The notes: a model not told the origin generated them from the letters alone. A DNA stretch of 64,000 bases from Spirochaetia bacterium (GCA_965203905.1 CBDBDQ010000005.1:5600001-5664000), one strand, 5' to 3'. Positions 30,141 to 42,044 are shown, counted from the first letter of the stretch. A program made the numbers and translations.

Positions 30141-33100
30141 ACCGGGCCGTCAGCGTGGGCCGCCGGCGCGCCGCCATCCTGGCGCTGTTTCTGTTTTCGG
30201 GGGCGAGCGGGCTGATCTACCAGGTGGTGTGGTTCCGGCTGCTGGCCACCGTGTTCGGCGCCACCGTGCCGGCGGCCACGACCGTGCTGGCCGCCTTCAT
30301 GAGCGGCCTCGCGCTGGGCAGCTGGCTGCTCGGCGGCAGCGGCGACCGCAGCCGCCGGCCGCTGCGTCTCTACGCCGGTTACGAGCTGGGAATCGCCGTC
30401 ACCGCGCTGGCGGCGCTGGTGGCGATGGAGCGGATGCGCCCCGTGGCCACGCTGCTGAGCAGCGCCCTGGGCGACGGCGGCGCCGGCCTCGTCGCCGCGC
30501 GCTTCGCGGTCACGTTCCTGGTGCTGCTGGTCCCCACCACGCTGATGGGCGCCACCCTCCCCGTCCTGAGCCGCGCCCTGGTGCGGGATCGGGAGGAGGC
30601 GGGGGTGAACCTCTCCGCCCTCTACGCGGCCAACACCTGGGGCGCCGCGCTCGGCGCGCTGGTCGCCGGCTTCCTGCTGATTCGCCTGCTGGGCCTGCGG
30701 GGTACGGTATTGGTGGCCGTGGTCATCAATGCGGCCGTAGCCGCAGCCGCGTGGTTGATGGCCCGGCGCAGCGCCGCGGCCGCCCGCCAGGTCGCCGCCG
30801 CCGAGGCACGGCGCGAGAGCGCGGCAGCACGTGGCACGACCGCGGTCGCCGCGCGCAGACATGGCCCGAAGGCGTCGGCCGGCGGACGATCTCGCGGCGT
30901 CGATTCCCGTCGTCTCCCGAGTTTCGGGGAGGCCGCGTCCCCTCGTCCGGCAACGCTGCTGCTCACATTCGGCGCCGCCGGAGCGACCACCCTCGCTTAC
31001 GAGGTGCTCTGGTCACGGGTTCTGCACGCGCTCCTCGGCAACTCGACCTACGCCTTCACCACCACGCTGGTGGTGTTCCTCGGCGGCATCGCGCTGGGGG
31101 GCTGGCTGGTGCGCCATGTCATCGACCGCATTCCTCCAGTCCGGCTGTACGCCGGCCTCCAGGCGGGGATCGCCGCCGCCGCGCTGCTGAGCCTGCCGCT
31201 GCTTACCGGCGTGGCCGACCTGCGCGGCCTGCAGGCCTTCTTCGCGGCCGGCGCCACGCCGTGGGCTGCCGAGCTGGCGGTCCGGTTCGGCGCCAGCGTG
31301 GCGGTGCTGCTGATCCCCACCACGCTGATGGGCGCCACCTTCCCGCTGGTGGCGCGCCTCTACCTGTCGCACGCCGGCCGCGTCGGGGCGGAGGTCGGCA
31401 CGGTGTACGCGGCCGGTACCGCCGGCAACATCGCCGGGGCGCTGCTGGCCGGCTTCCTGCTGGTGCCGCTGGCCGGCATCACCCGTTCGCTGGCCCTCGT
31501 GGCGCTGCTCAACGGCGTGGTGGCGGTGGCCATCGTGCTGCTCGCCGGGCGGCCGCGGCGGGCCACGCGGCTGGCCCTGAGCGGCGCCTGCCTGGCGCTG
31601 GGGGTGGCGGCGGTGGCGGGCCCAGTGTCGTTCCAGTTCCCGGCCGACACGGAAGCCCCGGGTGACGTGGTGCTGTTCTACCGGGAGGGGATCACCGCCA
31701 CCACCAAGGTGTACGAGAAGCCGCTCACCGCGCGCAAGCACATGAGCGTCGACGGCATCTACATCGGCGGCGCCGGTGGCGCGGAAAAGAAGGAGCAAGT
31801 GCTCGCTCACCTGCCCAAGCTGCTGCTGCCGCGGTACCGCAGCGAGCTGGCCGTGGGGCTCGGCTCCGGCGTGGTGCCGGGAGAGAGCGGCCGCCACCCG
31901 GAGCTGGAGCGGCTCGACATCGTGGAGATTGCCGCCAGCGTGGCGGCCGGCGCCGCCCGCTTCGAGCGCGAGAACCACGCCATCCTGGACGATCCGCGGG
32001 TGCGCCTGCTGGTGACCGACGGCATGCACTACCTGGCGACCGCCACTGTCCACTACGACATCATCGCCTCCGATGCCAAGTCGCGCCCCAGGTCGCGCGG
32101 CAACGGTCTGTTCTACTCGCGCGAGTACTACCGTCTGGCACGCGACCGGCTGACCCCGGAAGGAGTGTTCATCCAGTGGGTGCCGCTGCACCTGCCACGC
32201 CGCGTGTACGAGTCGGTGCTGCACACCTTCGCGGCCAGTTTCCCACACGCGAGCCTCTGGGTTCTGCCCGACCGCGACACCTTCCTGGTGGGGTCGCGGA
32301 GCCCGTTGACACCGAACTGGTCGCTGGTCGCCGCCCGCCTGGGGAGCGAACCGGCTGCCGGCTCCGCAAACAACCCCTACGCCGGGCTGCGCAAGCACGG
32401 CGTCACCAGTGCGGCCTCCCTGGCCGCCATGTACGTGGCCGGGCGCGAGGCGCTGCTCGGCGCCACCGCGCACGCTCCCGTCAACTCGCTGGACCGGCCG
32501 CAGGTCGAGTTCTACGCCTTTGCCGACTACGCGCGCTCCATCAACCGGATGGTCGCCGACAACTACGAACTGCTGCTGGCGTTGCGGGACACGGCCGAGG
32601 TCCCGGCGCCCGCGGAAGCCAGCCATCGCGCCCTGAGCCTCTATCTGCAGGCGCTGGGGCGCGCCTATGCCCTGGACCGGGACCACGCCGCGATCGAGGA
32701 GCTGCTGGCGGCGGCACTGCGCCTGGCGCCCGAGGACGAGTTGCTGCGCACCCTGGCGCTGCGATACTACGCGACCCGGGTCACGGGCCGGGTGCGGGCC
32801 GGCGAGCAGGCCGCGGCGCGGCGCTACCTGGCGGCGGCCCGCCGGGTGGACGGCACCGGCGCCGAGGCGCACCGGCTGGCCGCGCTGCTGCACCTGCACG
32901 CCGGCGACCGGGAGAGTGCCGTGCGGGAACTGCGGCAGGCGGTCCACAGGGCGCCGGGGGACGTTGCGCTGCATACCTCCCTGTTCCGCCTGCTGTGGCA
33001 AGCCGGTGCCGTGGACGAGGCGGCGCGCCACCTGCAGGAGGTGCTCGCGGTCGCTTCCGACAGCGTGTTCGCGCACCGCAACCTGGGGCTCTACCTCGCC

Positions 33101-33313
33101 CGCCGGCGCGGTGACGCCGGCGCCGCCCTGCCCCACCTGGAGCACGCCCATGCCCGTACGCCGCGGGACGCCGAGCTGATCGGCGCCCTGGCATGGGCAC
33201 GCTACGAGACCGGCGACCGCGCCGGCGCCCGCGCCGTGGTCCGCGCCGGCGGGCGCTATTTCCGCAGCCGTCCCGAGCTTGCCGCCGAACGCGCGCGAAT
33301 CCTCGGCCGCTAG
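30137..33313 (+). CDS. Fused MFS-like membrane domain / spermidine-synthase-like SAM domain with C-terminal TPRs
   Basis: FSGASGLIYQVVW, PTTLMGAT, YAANTWGA, VGLGSG, IVEI, FYSREYY, QWVP, followed by TPR-like helices. Confidence 0.9.
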   Translation: MNRAVSVGRRRAAILALFLFSGASGLIYQVVWFRLLATVFGATVPAATTVLAAFMSGLALGSWLLGGSGDRSRRPLRLYAGYELGIAVTALAALVAMERMRPVATLLSSALGDGGAGLVAARFAVTFLVLLVPTTLMGATLPVLSRALVRDREEAGVNLSALYAANTWGAALGALVAGFLLIRLLGLRGTVLVAVVINAAVAAAAWLMARRSAAAARQVAAAEARRESAAARGTTAVAARRHGPKASAGGRSRGVDSRRLPSFGEAASPRPATLLLTFGAAGATTLAYEVLWSRVLHALLGNSTYAFTTTLVVFLGGIALGGWLVRHVIDRIPPVRLYAGLQAGIAAAALLSLPLLTGVADLRGLQAFFAAGATPWAAELAVRFGASVAVLLIPTTLMGATFPLVARLYLSHAGRVGAEVGTVYAAGTAGNIAGALLAGFLLVPLAGITRSLALVALLNGVVAVAIVLLAGRPRRATRLALSGACLALGVAAVAGPVSFQFPADTEAPGDVVLFYREGITATTKVYEKPLTARKHMSVDGIYIGGAGGAEKKEQVLAHLPKLLLPRYRSELAVGLGSGVVPGESGRHPELERLDIVEIAASVAAGAARFERENHAILDDPRVRLLVTDGMHYLATATVHYDIIASDAKSRPRSRGNGLFYSREYYRLARDRLTPEGVFIQWVPLHLPRRVYESVLHTFAASFPHASLWVLPDRDTFLVGSRSPLTPNWSLVAARLGSEPAAGSANNPYAGLRKHGVTSAASLAAMYVAGREALLGATAHAPVNSLDRPQVEFYAFADYARSINRMVADNYELLLALRDTAEVPAPAEASHRALSLYLQALGRAYALDRDHAAIEELLAAALRLAPEDELLRTLALRYYATRVTGRVRAGEQAAARRYLAAARRVDGTGAEAHRLAALLHLHAGDRESAVRELRQAVHRAPGDVALHTSLFRLLWQAGAVDEAARHLQEVLAVASDSVFAHRNLGLYLARRRGDAGAALPHLEHAHARTPRDAELIGALAWARYETGDRAGARAVVRAGGRYFRSRPELAAERARILGR

Positions 33314-33382
33314 CTGCGTTGCACTCTCCGGAGGGTGCGGGGTTTCTTTCTTCCGCCGCGACTCTTTTGATCAATTCCACTT

Positions 33383-33423
33383 TGACTCATACACTGAATC
33401 TCTGTGAGTCTCCAAATGAATCA
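33383..33423. promoter_or_regulatory. Four TGANTCW boxes upstream of an RHH-VapC TA operon
   Basis: TGACTCA (33383), TGAATCT (33395), TGAGTCT (33405), TGAATCA (33417); spacing 12/10/12. Confidence 0.6.
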
Positions 33424-33438
33424 CTCGGGAGCAGGCCA

Positions 33439-33702
33439 TTGCACCAGTTGACAGTGCGAGGATTCGAGCCTGAACTGGCCGACTGCATCCGCAGGCTGGC
33501 GCAGCAAGAACGAATTTCATTGAATCAGGCTGTGCTGCGTCTCCTCCGGCGCGGAGCCGGTCTCGAACGGGACCAGGAAGCCGACGCTACGGTGGGGTCC
33601 TCGTTGGACCACTTCATCGGTCGTTGGACCAGCCGGCAGGCGGATGAGATGGACCGGGCGCTGGCGGATTTCAAGGGCATCGACGAGTCGATGTGGTCAT
33701 GA
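33439..33702 (+). CDS. FitA-like ribbon-helix-helix antitoxin
   Basis: QLTVRGFEPEL..IRRLA..SLNQAVLRLL...LDHFIGRW..IDESMWS; TTG start estimated. Confidence 0.78.
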   Translation: MHQLTVRGFEPELADCIRRLAQQERISLNQAVLRLLRRGAGLERDQEADATVGSSLDHFIGRWTSRQADEMDRALADFKGIDESMWS

Positions 33703-34097
33703 GGGTCGCGCTGGACTCCAACGTATACTCGCTGCTGTTGCGCGGACATCCGTTGGTCGCCGAAATCGTTCGCCGGTCTCAGGAGGTGGTGCTCTCGGCG
33801 GTCGTAATCGGAGAACTGCTCTACGGGTACCGATACGGTTCGCGTCTGGCTCGGAATCTGCGCGAACTCGATGACTTCCTGGCCAATCCCCACGTAACCC
33901 TGGCGACGGTGAGTCGGATTACCGCGGACCGTTACTCGCGGATCGCGACAGCTCTGCGAGCGAAGGGCCGCCCCTTGCCGACCAGCGACATCTGGATTGC
34001 GGCCCATGCGATGGAGACGGGAACCGAGTTGATTTCCTCCGACGGTCACTTCAAGTACGTTGATGGTCTGGCTTGGGTCCACGTTCCGGTCGGGTGA
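33699..34097 (+). CDS. vapC: VapC PIN-domain toxin
   Basis: LDSNVYS, VIGELLYG, LPTSDIWIAAHA, SSDGHF; ATGA overlap with the antitoxin. Confidence 0.92.
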   Translation: MRVALDSNVYSLLLRGHPLVAEIVRRSQEVVLSAVVIGELLYGYRYGSRLARNLRELDDFLANPHVTLATVSRITADRYSRIATALRAKGRPLPTSDIWIAAHAMETGTELISSDGHFKYVDGLAWVHVPVG

Positions 34098-34900
34098 TAC
34101 GGTTTACGGTCACCAAATATCCGCAGGGCGCTTTTTCCTGGGTGGATTGCAGCACCAGCGATGCCGATGCCCGGCACTTCTATGCCAGTCTCCTGGGCTG
34201 GGACATCGAGGAAGCCCCCATGGGCGGGAGATTGACGAATTACACCTTCCTCAGGGATGGCCACAGGATCGCGGCTCTGAGCGAACTGCCGCCGCAGATG
34301 GCCCACTTGCCGCCGTCCTGGAACAGCTACGTCACGGTCGATGACGTCGATGTCCTGGCGCCCGCGGTGCAGAAACTCGGCGGGACTGTGCTGGTGGAGC
34401 CCTTTGACATCTCTGACAACGGTCGCCTGCTCATGTGTCAGGACCCGCAAGGCGCGGCGATCTCGTTCTGGCAGCCGATCAACCATATCGGTGCCGGGCT
34501 GGTCAACACGCCGGGGGCACTCTGCTGGAACGAACTGTGGACAGCGGACCTGCAATCCTCCACGGCCTTTTACGGTGCGTTGCTGGGCTGGGCCTTTGAA
34601 GACGGGCCCGCCGTCCCGGTCTACACCACCATATTGAACCAGGGGCGCAGGAACGGCGGCATCCTGTCCATGGACGAGGAGATGGCGGCGGAAACGCCGC
34701 CAATGTGGGTGCCTCACGTCTCGGTGGCGGACATTGACGCCGCGGCCCGGCGCGTGGTGCAACTGGGCGGTACCGTACACGTCGGCCCGCGCACAAACGC
34801 TGACGCCAACCGCTGGCTGCTGTTCGCGGATCCACAAGGCGCGCTCTGTTATCTCATGCAGCTAAACAACCCCGAACCCTGGCTCGAGCATTCGTCCTGA
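34094..34900 (+). CDS. Two-domain VOC/glyoxalase family protein
   Basis: GAFSWVD, FYASLLGW, WNSYVTVDDVD, DPQGA, LCWNEL repeated domain. Confidence 0.9.
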   Translation: MIRFTVTKYPQGAFSWVDCSTSDADARHFYASLLGWDIEEAPMGGRLTNYTFLRDGHRIAALSELPPQMAHLPPSWNSYVTVDDVDVLAPAVQKLGGTVLVEPFDISDNGRLLMCQDPQGAAISFWQPINHIGAGLVNTPGALCWNELWTADLQSSTAFYGALLGWAFEDGPAVPVYTTILNQGRRNGGILSMDEEMAAETPPMWVPHVSVADIDAAARRVVQLGGTVHVGPRTNADANRWLLFADPQGALCYLMQLNNPEPWLEHSS

Positions 34901-34945
34901 CGCAAGAAGGAAAACCCCATGCCGCGTAGAGTCCGAGCTTGCCGC

Positions 34946-35086
34946 GGCGACGCGGTGCGCGACCTGCTCGACCCCCGGCTGCGCGGCGGCCAGGGAAGTT
35001 ATGGCACCTCGGGGAACCGCAAGCGAGGCCTCCTGCGGCGTGGCGGTCACGCTGCTTCCGCATTGCCACGGGACTCGCGCGTTTGA
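34946..35086 (+). pseudogene. Orphan C-terminus of a DppC/OppC permease
   Basis: GDAVRDLLDPRLRGGQGSYG...* with nothing homologous upstream. Confidence 0.7.
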
Positions 35087-35112
35087 TCCCGAGTTCCCCT
35101 GGGAGACCGCAC

Positions 35113-35196
35113 GTGACCGCTGACCTGATTGAACGGCGCAACCGGGCGCTCGGCGCCGGCAGCGGCGCCGGCGCCCCGCTGTGCTATCGCGAGCCG
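35113..35196 (+). pseudogene. Orphan N-terminus resembling a class-III aminotransferase
   Basis: GGAG RBS, then VTADLIERRNRALGAG(SGAG)APLCYREP, then truncated. Confidence 0.45.
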
Positions 35197-35258
35197 GGGG
35201 CGGTTGGGGCCACAGTACCCTGCCAGATGCCTCCGTGCGCCGGGGTGACCGTGCCGAC

Positions 35259-36701
35259 TCAGCGCAATGGGTGCGGGCGTGTCGGTGGATCGACGTCAGC
35301 CGGAATCGGACACACGTAGGGTGCGCCGTTGGTCGCCGCCGCCAACTCCGCGCGCGCCGTGCGCAGGCGTTCCGGATCCAGGTACAGGTCCAGCGACGCC
35401 ACCGCCATCACTTTCGCGGAGTGCATCATGCCCTTGTGACCGATTGACGTAGCTCCGGTGGCCACGATGCCCCAACTGTGGCCGGGGGCGCGGGTTGCCC
35501 AGCAGGCGGTACGCAGCATGCTCAGCGGCGTGATCCAGCTCACGTCGCCCACGTCGGTCGAGCCGGTGCCGACCCAGTCCGCGTCCCACGCCGGGAAGTT
35601 GTCGCCGATCAGCGGTTCGCGCGCCAGCCGCTCCAGCCGCGGCTGCTCCTCCGGCGGCGTCTGCCAGCCGGCGAACATCTCGTCGGCGTTGCGCGCGGGA
35701 AACGCCGCATTGACGTGGGCCGCGTACGCCTTCTCCTCGGCGGTGAACTCGATCGGCCCGACCAGCTGCATCGCCTCGTACTGCAGATCCGCCAGGTGAG
35801 CGTTGTTGAGCAGCCTCGAGCAGGCGCCGCGCACCCGCATCTCCACGGTGGTGTCGGTCATCAATGCCGCGCCGCGGGCGCAGTTGCGTACCCGCTCGGA
35901 TACCTCCTCGATCTCCGCCCGTTCCAGGGCGCGCACGAAGTACCACACCTCCGCGGTGTCCGGAACCACGTTGGGCAGCTTGCCGCCGTCGGTGATCACG
36001 TAGTGGATGCGCACCTTGTCGGTGACGTGCTCGCGCAGGTAGTTCACCCCGACGTTCATCAGCTCCACCGCGTCCAGTGCCGAGCGCCCCTCGTGCGGCG
36101 CGCCGCCGGCGTGAGCGGTGCGGCCGTGGAAGCGGAACACCAGGTCGTTGACGCCGACGCAGGTACCCTTGGACGGAGCGTTGACCTTGGCCGGGTGATA
36201 GTTGAACGCCGCATCCAGGTCGTCGAACGAGCCGGTGCGCGCCATGAACGCCTTGCCGCTGATCTGTTCCTCGGCCGGGCAGCCGTAGTAGCGCACGGTG
36301 CCGGCGGTGCCGGTCGCATTCAGCCAGCGGGCCACGGCCACCGCCGCGGCCAGGCCACCGGTACCGAGCAGGTTGTGCCCGCAGCCGTGGCCCGGCCTGC
36401 CCTCCACCACCGGCTCCTGGGTCGGCTGGCGCTTCTGTGACAGCCCGGCCAGCGCATCGTACTCGCCCAGGTAGCCGATGATCGGGGCGCCGGAGCCGGC
36501 CTCGGCGCAGAACGCGGTGGAGATGCCGCCGAGATCCCAGGTGACGGCAAACCCCTCGGCGGCCAGGAAGTCCGCCTGCAGCTTGGAGGACGCGAACTCC
36601 TCCCAGGCCACCTCCGGGTTGGCCCACAACGTATCGGCCATGTCCGTGAACCGCCGCCGGTTCCGGTCGAGCCACTCGATGACGTCCTGTTTGCTGTGCA
36701 T
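35259..36701 (-). CDS. M20 amidohydrolase (AbgB-like)
   Basis: GEYDAL, GHGCGHNLLG, GCPAEE, SALDAVEL, GSTDVGDVSW. Confidence 0.92.
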   Translation of the reverse strand: MHSKQDVIEWLDRNRRRFTDMADTLWANPEVAWEEFASSKLQADFLAAEGFAVTWDLGGISTAFCAEAGSGAPIIGYLGEYDALAGLSQKRQPTQEPVVEGRPGHGCGHNLLGTGGLAAAVAVARWLNATGTAGTVRYYGCPAEEQISGKAFMARTGSFDDLDAAFNYHPAKVNAPSKGTCVGVNDLVFRFHGRTAHAGGAPHEGRSALDAVELMNVGVNYLREHVTDKVRIHYVITDGGKLPNVVPDTAEVWYFVRALERAEIEEVSERVRNCARGAALMTDTTVEMRVRGACSRLLNNAHLADLQYEAMQLVGPIEFTAEEKAYAAHVNAAFPARNADEMFAGWQTPPEEQPRLERLAREPLIGDNFPAWDADWVGTGSTDVGDVSWITPLSMLRTACWATRAPGHSWGIVATGATSIGHKGMMHSAKVMAVASLDLYLDPERLRTARAELAAATNGAPYVCPIPADVDPPTRPHPLR

Positions 36702-36795
36702 AAGCGCTCCTCTTTTACCTATCGGCGGCGCCGCCGTCGATCGTGGACTGATTCACATCCGGGACGCGGCCGCTCCACCAGCCGGTGCGGGAAGG

Positions 36796-38078
<1,283 letters not shown>

Positions 38079-38079
<1 letters not shown>

Positions 38080-39800
38080 CAGAAGTCGCGGGCGGCGGCG
38101 ACGCGCAGCCGTTCGATGGCGGCGATGCTGAGCGCCGTGGTAAGCATCAGGATGGTTGCCAGCGCCATGCCCTGGCCGTAGTTGGCGGCGCCGGGGCGCG
38201 ACAGCGAGCGGAAGATGGCGGTGGTGATGGTGGGCAGCTCGGGGCGCGCGATCAGGGCGCTGGCGCCGAACTCGCCGAGCGAGATGGCGGCCGCGAACAG
38301 CGCCGCGCTGGCCACGGCGCGGCCGAGCACCGGCAACTCCACGTGGATGAAGCGCTGCGCTGGCGAGGCGCCGAGCACGGCGGCGGCTTCGCGCAGGCGC
38401 GCCGGTACCGCTTGCAGCCCGCCCACCAGCGAGCGGAATACCAGGGGCAGCGCCACCAGCGTGTGCGCCACCGGCAGCAGCACCGGCGAGGCGCGCAGGT
38501 CGAGCCCCGGCAGCCCGAGGGCGAGGATGAAGCCGAAGCCGATGGTGACCGGCGAGGTGCCCAGGGGCAGCATCACCGCGACGTCGACCAGCCGCTGCAG
38601 CCATGCGCGCCGCACCCCGATTGCCGCCCACGCGGCGGGCAGCCCCACCGCCAGGCTGAGCAGGGCGGTCAGGGCGGCGAACAGCAGCGAGTTGCGGATC
38701 GCCAGCAGCGGCGGAACCGCCAGCGCCGCGCCACGGGGGCGGCTGCCGAGGCGGGCGAACAGGGCCAGGGTGAGCCGCCCCTCCTCCACCGAGAACAGGG
38801 CGCGCAGCGCCAGCGCCGCCAGCGGCACCACCAGCCACACCAGCAGCGCCCCCACCGTGAGCGCCACCAGCAGCCGTTCGCGGCCGGACGCCGGCCGGCG
38901 CTCGTGGGTGGCGGCGCGGCCGAGGCGGGCGCTGGCGCCGTAGCGGGCGGCTGCACTGCTGTAGGCGGTGGTGACCAGCGCGGTGAGCAGGAGCTGCAGC
39001 AGGGACAGCACCGCCGCGGCGCGCAGATCGAACAGGGTGACGGTCTGCAGGTAAATCTCCACTTCCAGGGTGGCGAAGCGCCCGGCGCCGAGCAGCAGCA
39101 CCACCCCGAACGAGGTGAAGTCGAACAGGAACACCAGCAGCGCCGCGGCGACGATCGGCCGCGTCAGCAGCGGCAGGGTGACCGAGCGCCAGCGGCGCAG
39201 CGGCCCGGCGCCGAGCACCGCCGCGGTCTCGGTGACACGCGGATGCATCTGCGCCCAGGCATCGCCTACCAGCCGCACCACCAGCGCCGTGTTGAAGAAC
39301 ACGTGGGCGGCGATGATCGCCCCCGCCGTGCCCGTGAAGCGAAGCGTCGGCAGCGCCAGGGCGGGCAGTGCCTGGTTCACGAAGCCGTGCGGCCCCAGCA
39401 GCGCCTGCCAGGCGGCGGCAACCACCAGCGTGGGCAGCACGAACGGTACCAGCGTGATGGTGCGCAGCAGGCGCTTGCCGGGAAACCGGTAGCGGGCGAA
39501 CACGTAGGCGGCCGGCAGTCCGACCGCCAGCGTGCACACGGTAGAGACCGCCGCCTGCCAGGTGCTGAACCAGAGCGCGCGCAGCGTGGTGGCGGCGGTC
39601 AGAATCTGCCGGATGCCGATCCCGTCCTCGGCCGGGGCGCTCAGCCCGCGCGCGATGATGGCGGCCAGCGGATAGAGGTAGAACAGGCCCAGAAAGGCCA
39701 GCGGCAAAATCCACAGCCACGGGCGCGCACCGGGCCGACCGATCGCTGCCTGCCCCGTCTGCCCCGGTCCGACGCTCCGGTCGGCTACCGCCTCCGTCAC
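38079..39800 (-). CDS. thiP: Thiamine ABC permease
   Basis: Duplicated permease domains, ETAAVLGA / EAAAVLGAS, SLGEFGA. Confidence 0.88.
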
Positions 39801-39831
39801 GGCCGCCGCCGGCTCATGTCAGCCCTGCACG

Positions 39832-40884
39832 TCAGCGCGCCATCGCTTCGCGCCACTGGCGGATCCAGCGCTCGCGGTGCTCGGCGATGGCAGCGGGATC
39901 GACGATCGCGGGGTGCTCGGGAATCGACAGGAAGCGTTCGAACTCCGGCGCCAGGGGAGTGTCGGCGATGACCGGGAACACGAACATGTTGAGCGGCAAC
40001 GCCGCCTGGAAGCTGGTCTCCAGCATGAAGTCGATCCAGCGTTCGGCCAGCTCGCGGCGCGGCGTGCCGGCCAGGATGCCGGCGAACTCGATCTGCCGGA
40101 AACAACTCTCGTCGCCCACCATCACCCCGGTAGTGGGCGCCTCGATCGGGGTCTCCGCGTAGATCACCTCGAACGGCGGACTGGAGCCGTAGGACACCAC
40201 CAGCGGGCGGTCGCCGGCGCTGGTGCCGCCGCTGAACTCGGCGAAGTAGGCGGTCTCCCAGTCGGGGGCCACGCGCACGCCGTTCTTCTGCAGTTCGCGC
40301 CAGTAGTCGAGGTAGCCGGGATCGCCGAACCTGCCGATCGTGGCCAGCAGGAACGCGAGCCCGGGCGACGAGGCGGCCGGGTTCTCGACCACCAGCAGGT
40401 CGACGTAGGCGGGATCGGCCAGGTCCTCCAGCGTTTGCGGCGGCTCCAGCCCGGCCTCTTCGAACCAGGTGATGTCGTAGTTCACGCACACGTCGCCGAA
40501 GTCGATCGGCGTGGCGTGGCCGCTGGCATCGAGGCGCAGCTCAGGGGCGATGTCGGAGAGGGCCGGCGGCTCGTACGGTTCGAACACGCCCTCGTCGAGT
40601 GCCCGGCTCAGGAACGCGTTGTCGACGCCGTACAGCACGTCGGCAAGCGGGTTGCCCTTGGCCAGGATGGCGCGGTTCAGCGCCGAGCCGGCATCGCCGG
40701 CCAGCAGGATGCTGACCCGGGCGCCGTAGCGCTCCTCGAATTCCGCCAGTACTTCGTCCGGGACCACGGTCGAGTCGTGTCCCATCACGGTGAGCACCTC
40801 CGGCTGTTCGGCAGCCGGCTCGGCGGCGACGTAGGCGGCGCACAGCAGTGCCATCAAGGCAGGCACTGCGATCAGGTAACGCAT
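39832..40884 (-). CDS. thiB: Thiamine ABC substrate-binding protein
   Basis: HDS, GDAG, ADVLYGVDN, SSPGLAFL, WETAY, SYGSSP, CFRQIEFAG, NMFVFP. Confidence 0.92.
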   Translation of the reverse strand: MRYLIAVPALMALLCAAYVAAEPAAEQPEVLTVMGHDSTVVPDEVLAEFEERYGARVSILLAGDAGSALNRAILAKGNPLADVLYGVDNAFLSRALDEGVFEPYEPPALSDIAPELRLDASGHATPIDFGDVCVNYDITWFEEAGLEPPQTLEDLADPAYVDLLVVENPAASSPGLAFLLATIGRFGDPGYLDYWRELQKNGVRVAPDWETAYFAEFSGGTSAGDRPLVVSYGSSPPFEVIYAETPIEAPTTGVMVGDESCFRQIEFAGILAGTPRRELAERWIDFMLETSFQAALPLNMFVFPVIADTPLAPEFERFLSIPEHPAIVDPAAIAEHRERWIRQWREAMAR

Positions 40885-40942
40885 GTATTCCTCCCGCCGG
40901 GGAATGGAATGTAACTGAGAATCGGGCTGCAGGTGGGCGATG

Positions 40943-41060
40943 AACTCCCTCCGCCGGCATTATCCGGATCAGGTCTGCGAGTCGAAAGCTCTGGGATCGG
41001 CGCTCAGCGTCCCAACCCACGGCTCTCCTCTCAGCTTGGCAACACCAAGCTCCCCGGTCT
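40943..41060 (-). ncRNA. TPP riboswitch
   Basis: Minus strand GGGGAGC...GCTGAGAG...GACCTGATCCGGATAATGCCGGCGGAGGGAG, directly upstream of thiB. Confidence 0.95.
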
Positions 41061-41221
41061 GTAGCGACATGCTAGACACCAATCGCGAAACCGTCAAGCG
41101 CCTGTCTCGTTGCCGGCGACCTGGTCCGCGCTCGCGGTGCCGTGCGAGATGCGGTATGTTCTTTGTGACACCATGAATGAGCTTGGCAGCGGGTAATTTT
41201 CTGGCACGCGTCGAGACACTG

Positions 41222-41674
41222 CTGGCACGGCGAGAGCTGACGGGACCGCTGCGGGTCCTCAAGGTGCGCCGCATGGAGAGCGAGACGCGCAGGGCGCTGG
41301 GTGACATCGGGATCGAGAAGTTCTCCGAAACGGGCAATCGCTCGGTGTCCGAGCCGGTGGGCAAGCTGTCGGGCGGCGAACGGCAGTCGGTGGCGATCGG
41401 CCGCGCCGTGCACTTCGGCGCATCGCTGCTGATTCTCGATGAGCCCACCTCCGCCCTCTCCGTGGCGGAGACGGAGAAGGTGCTGAGCTACACCCAGGCC
41501 GCCAAGCGGCGCGGCCTCGGCGTCATCTGCATCAGTCACAACATCCACCACGTGTACCTGGTGGGCGACCGCTACACCATCCTGCGCCACGGCCGCAAAA
41601 CCGGCGACTACGTGAAGGGCGACCTGACCGAGAAGGACATCGCCGACATCATCACCGGCGAACGGGAACGCTAA
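41222..41674 (+). pseudogene. C-terminal half of a sugar ABC ATP-binding protein
   Basis: LSGGERQSVAIGRA, LILDEPTSAL, ISHN present; Walker A absent. Confidence 0.8.
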
Positions 41675-41834
41675 GCGACGGGCCGCCGAATGGAGTGCGC
41701 GCGGGCGGGGCCGGCACCGGACTTTACGTTGGTGGCGGTCAAAGACCGGGCTGGCGGCAGGAGTGCGCTTGGGCAGTCATTCGGCGTCCGTTCCTGGATC
41801 GGGCCCGAGCCGTTTGCGTGAGGCAATGGGATGG

Positions 41835-41865
41835 ATTGACAACTTGTCGAATACACTCTACTCTG
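41835..41865 (+). promoter_or_regulatory. Sigma70-type promoter with a conserved spacer motif
   Basis: TTGACA (41836)-N17-TACTCT (41859); same architecture as 49931-49961. Confidence 0.7.
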
Positions 41866-42044
41866 CTCTGCTTTGAAGCTGCCCAATAAACGGATCTACT
41901 GCAAACGGTTTCCGCGCCGCGGGCTGGTTCAACTACTCGTCTATTGCGACTTTGTTGATCCGGGAAGGCCGATCAGTTGGCTTATGGGTCAGTGCCAGGG
42001 GCGAATCGTGGACCACTGAAATCAGCGAGGTTTCGGGGCGTAGT

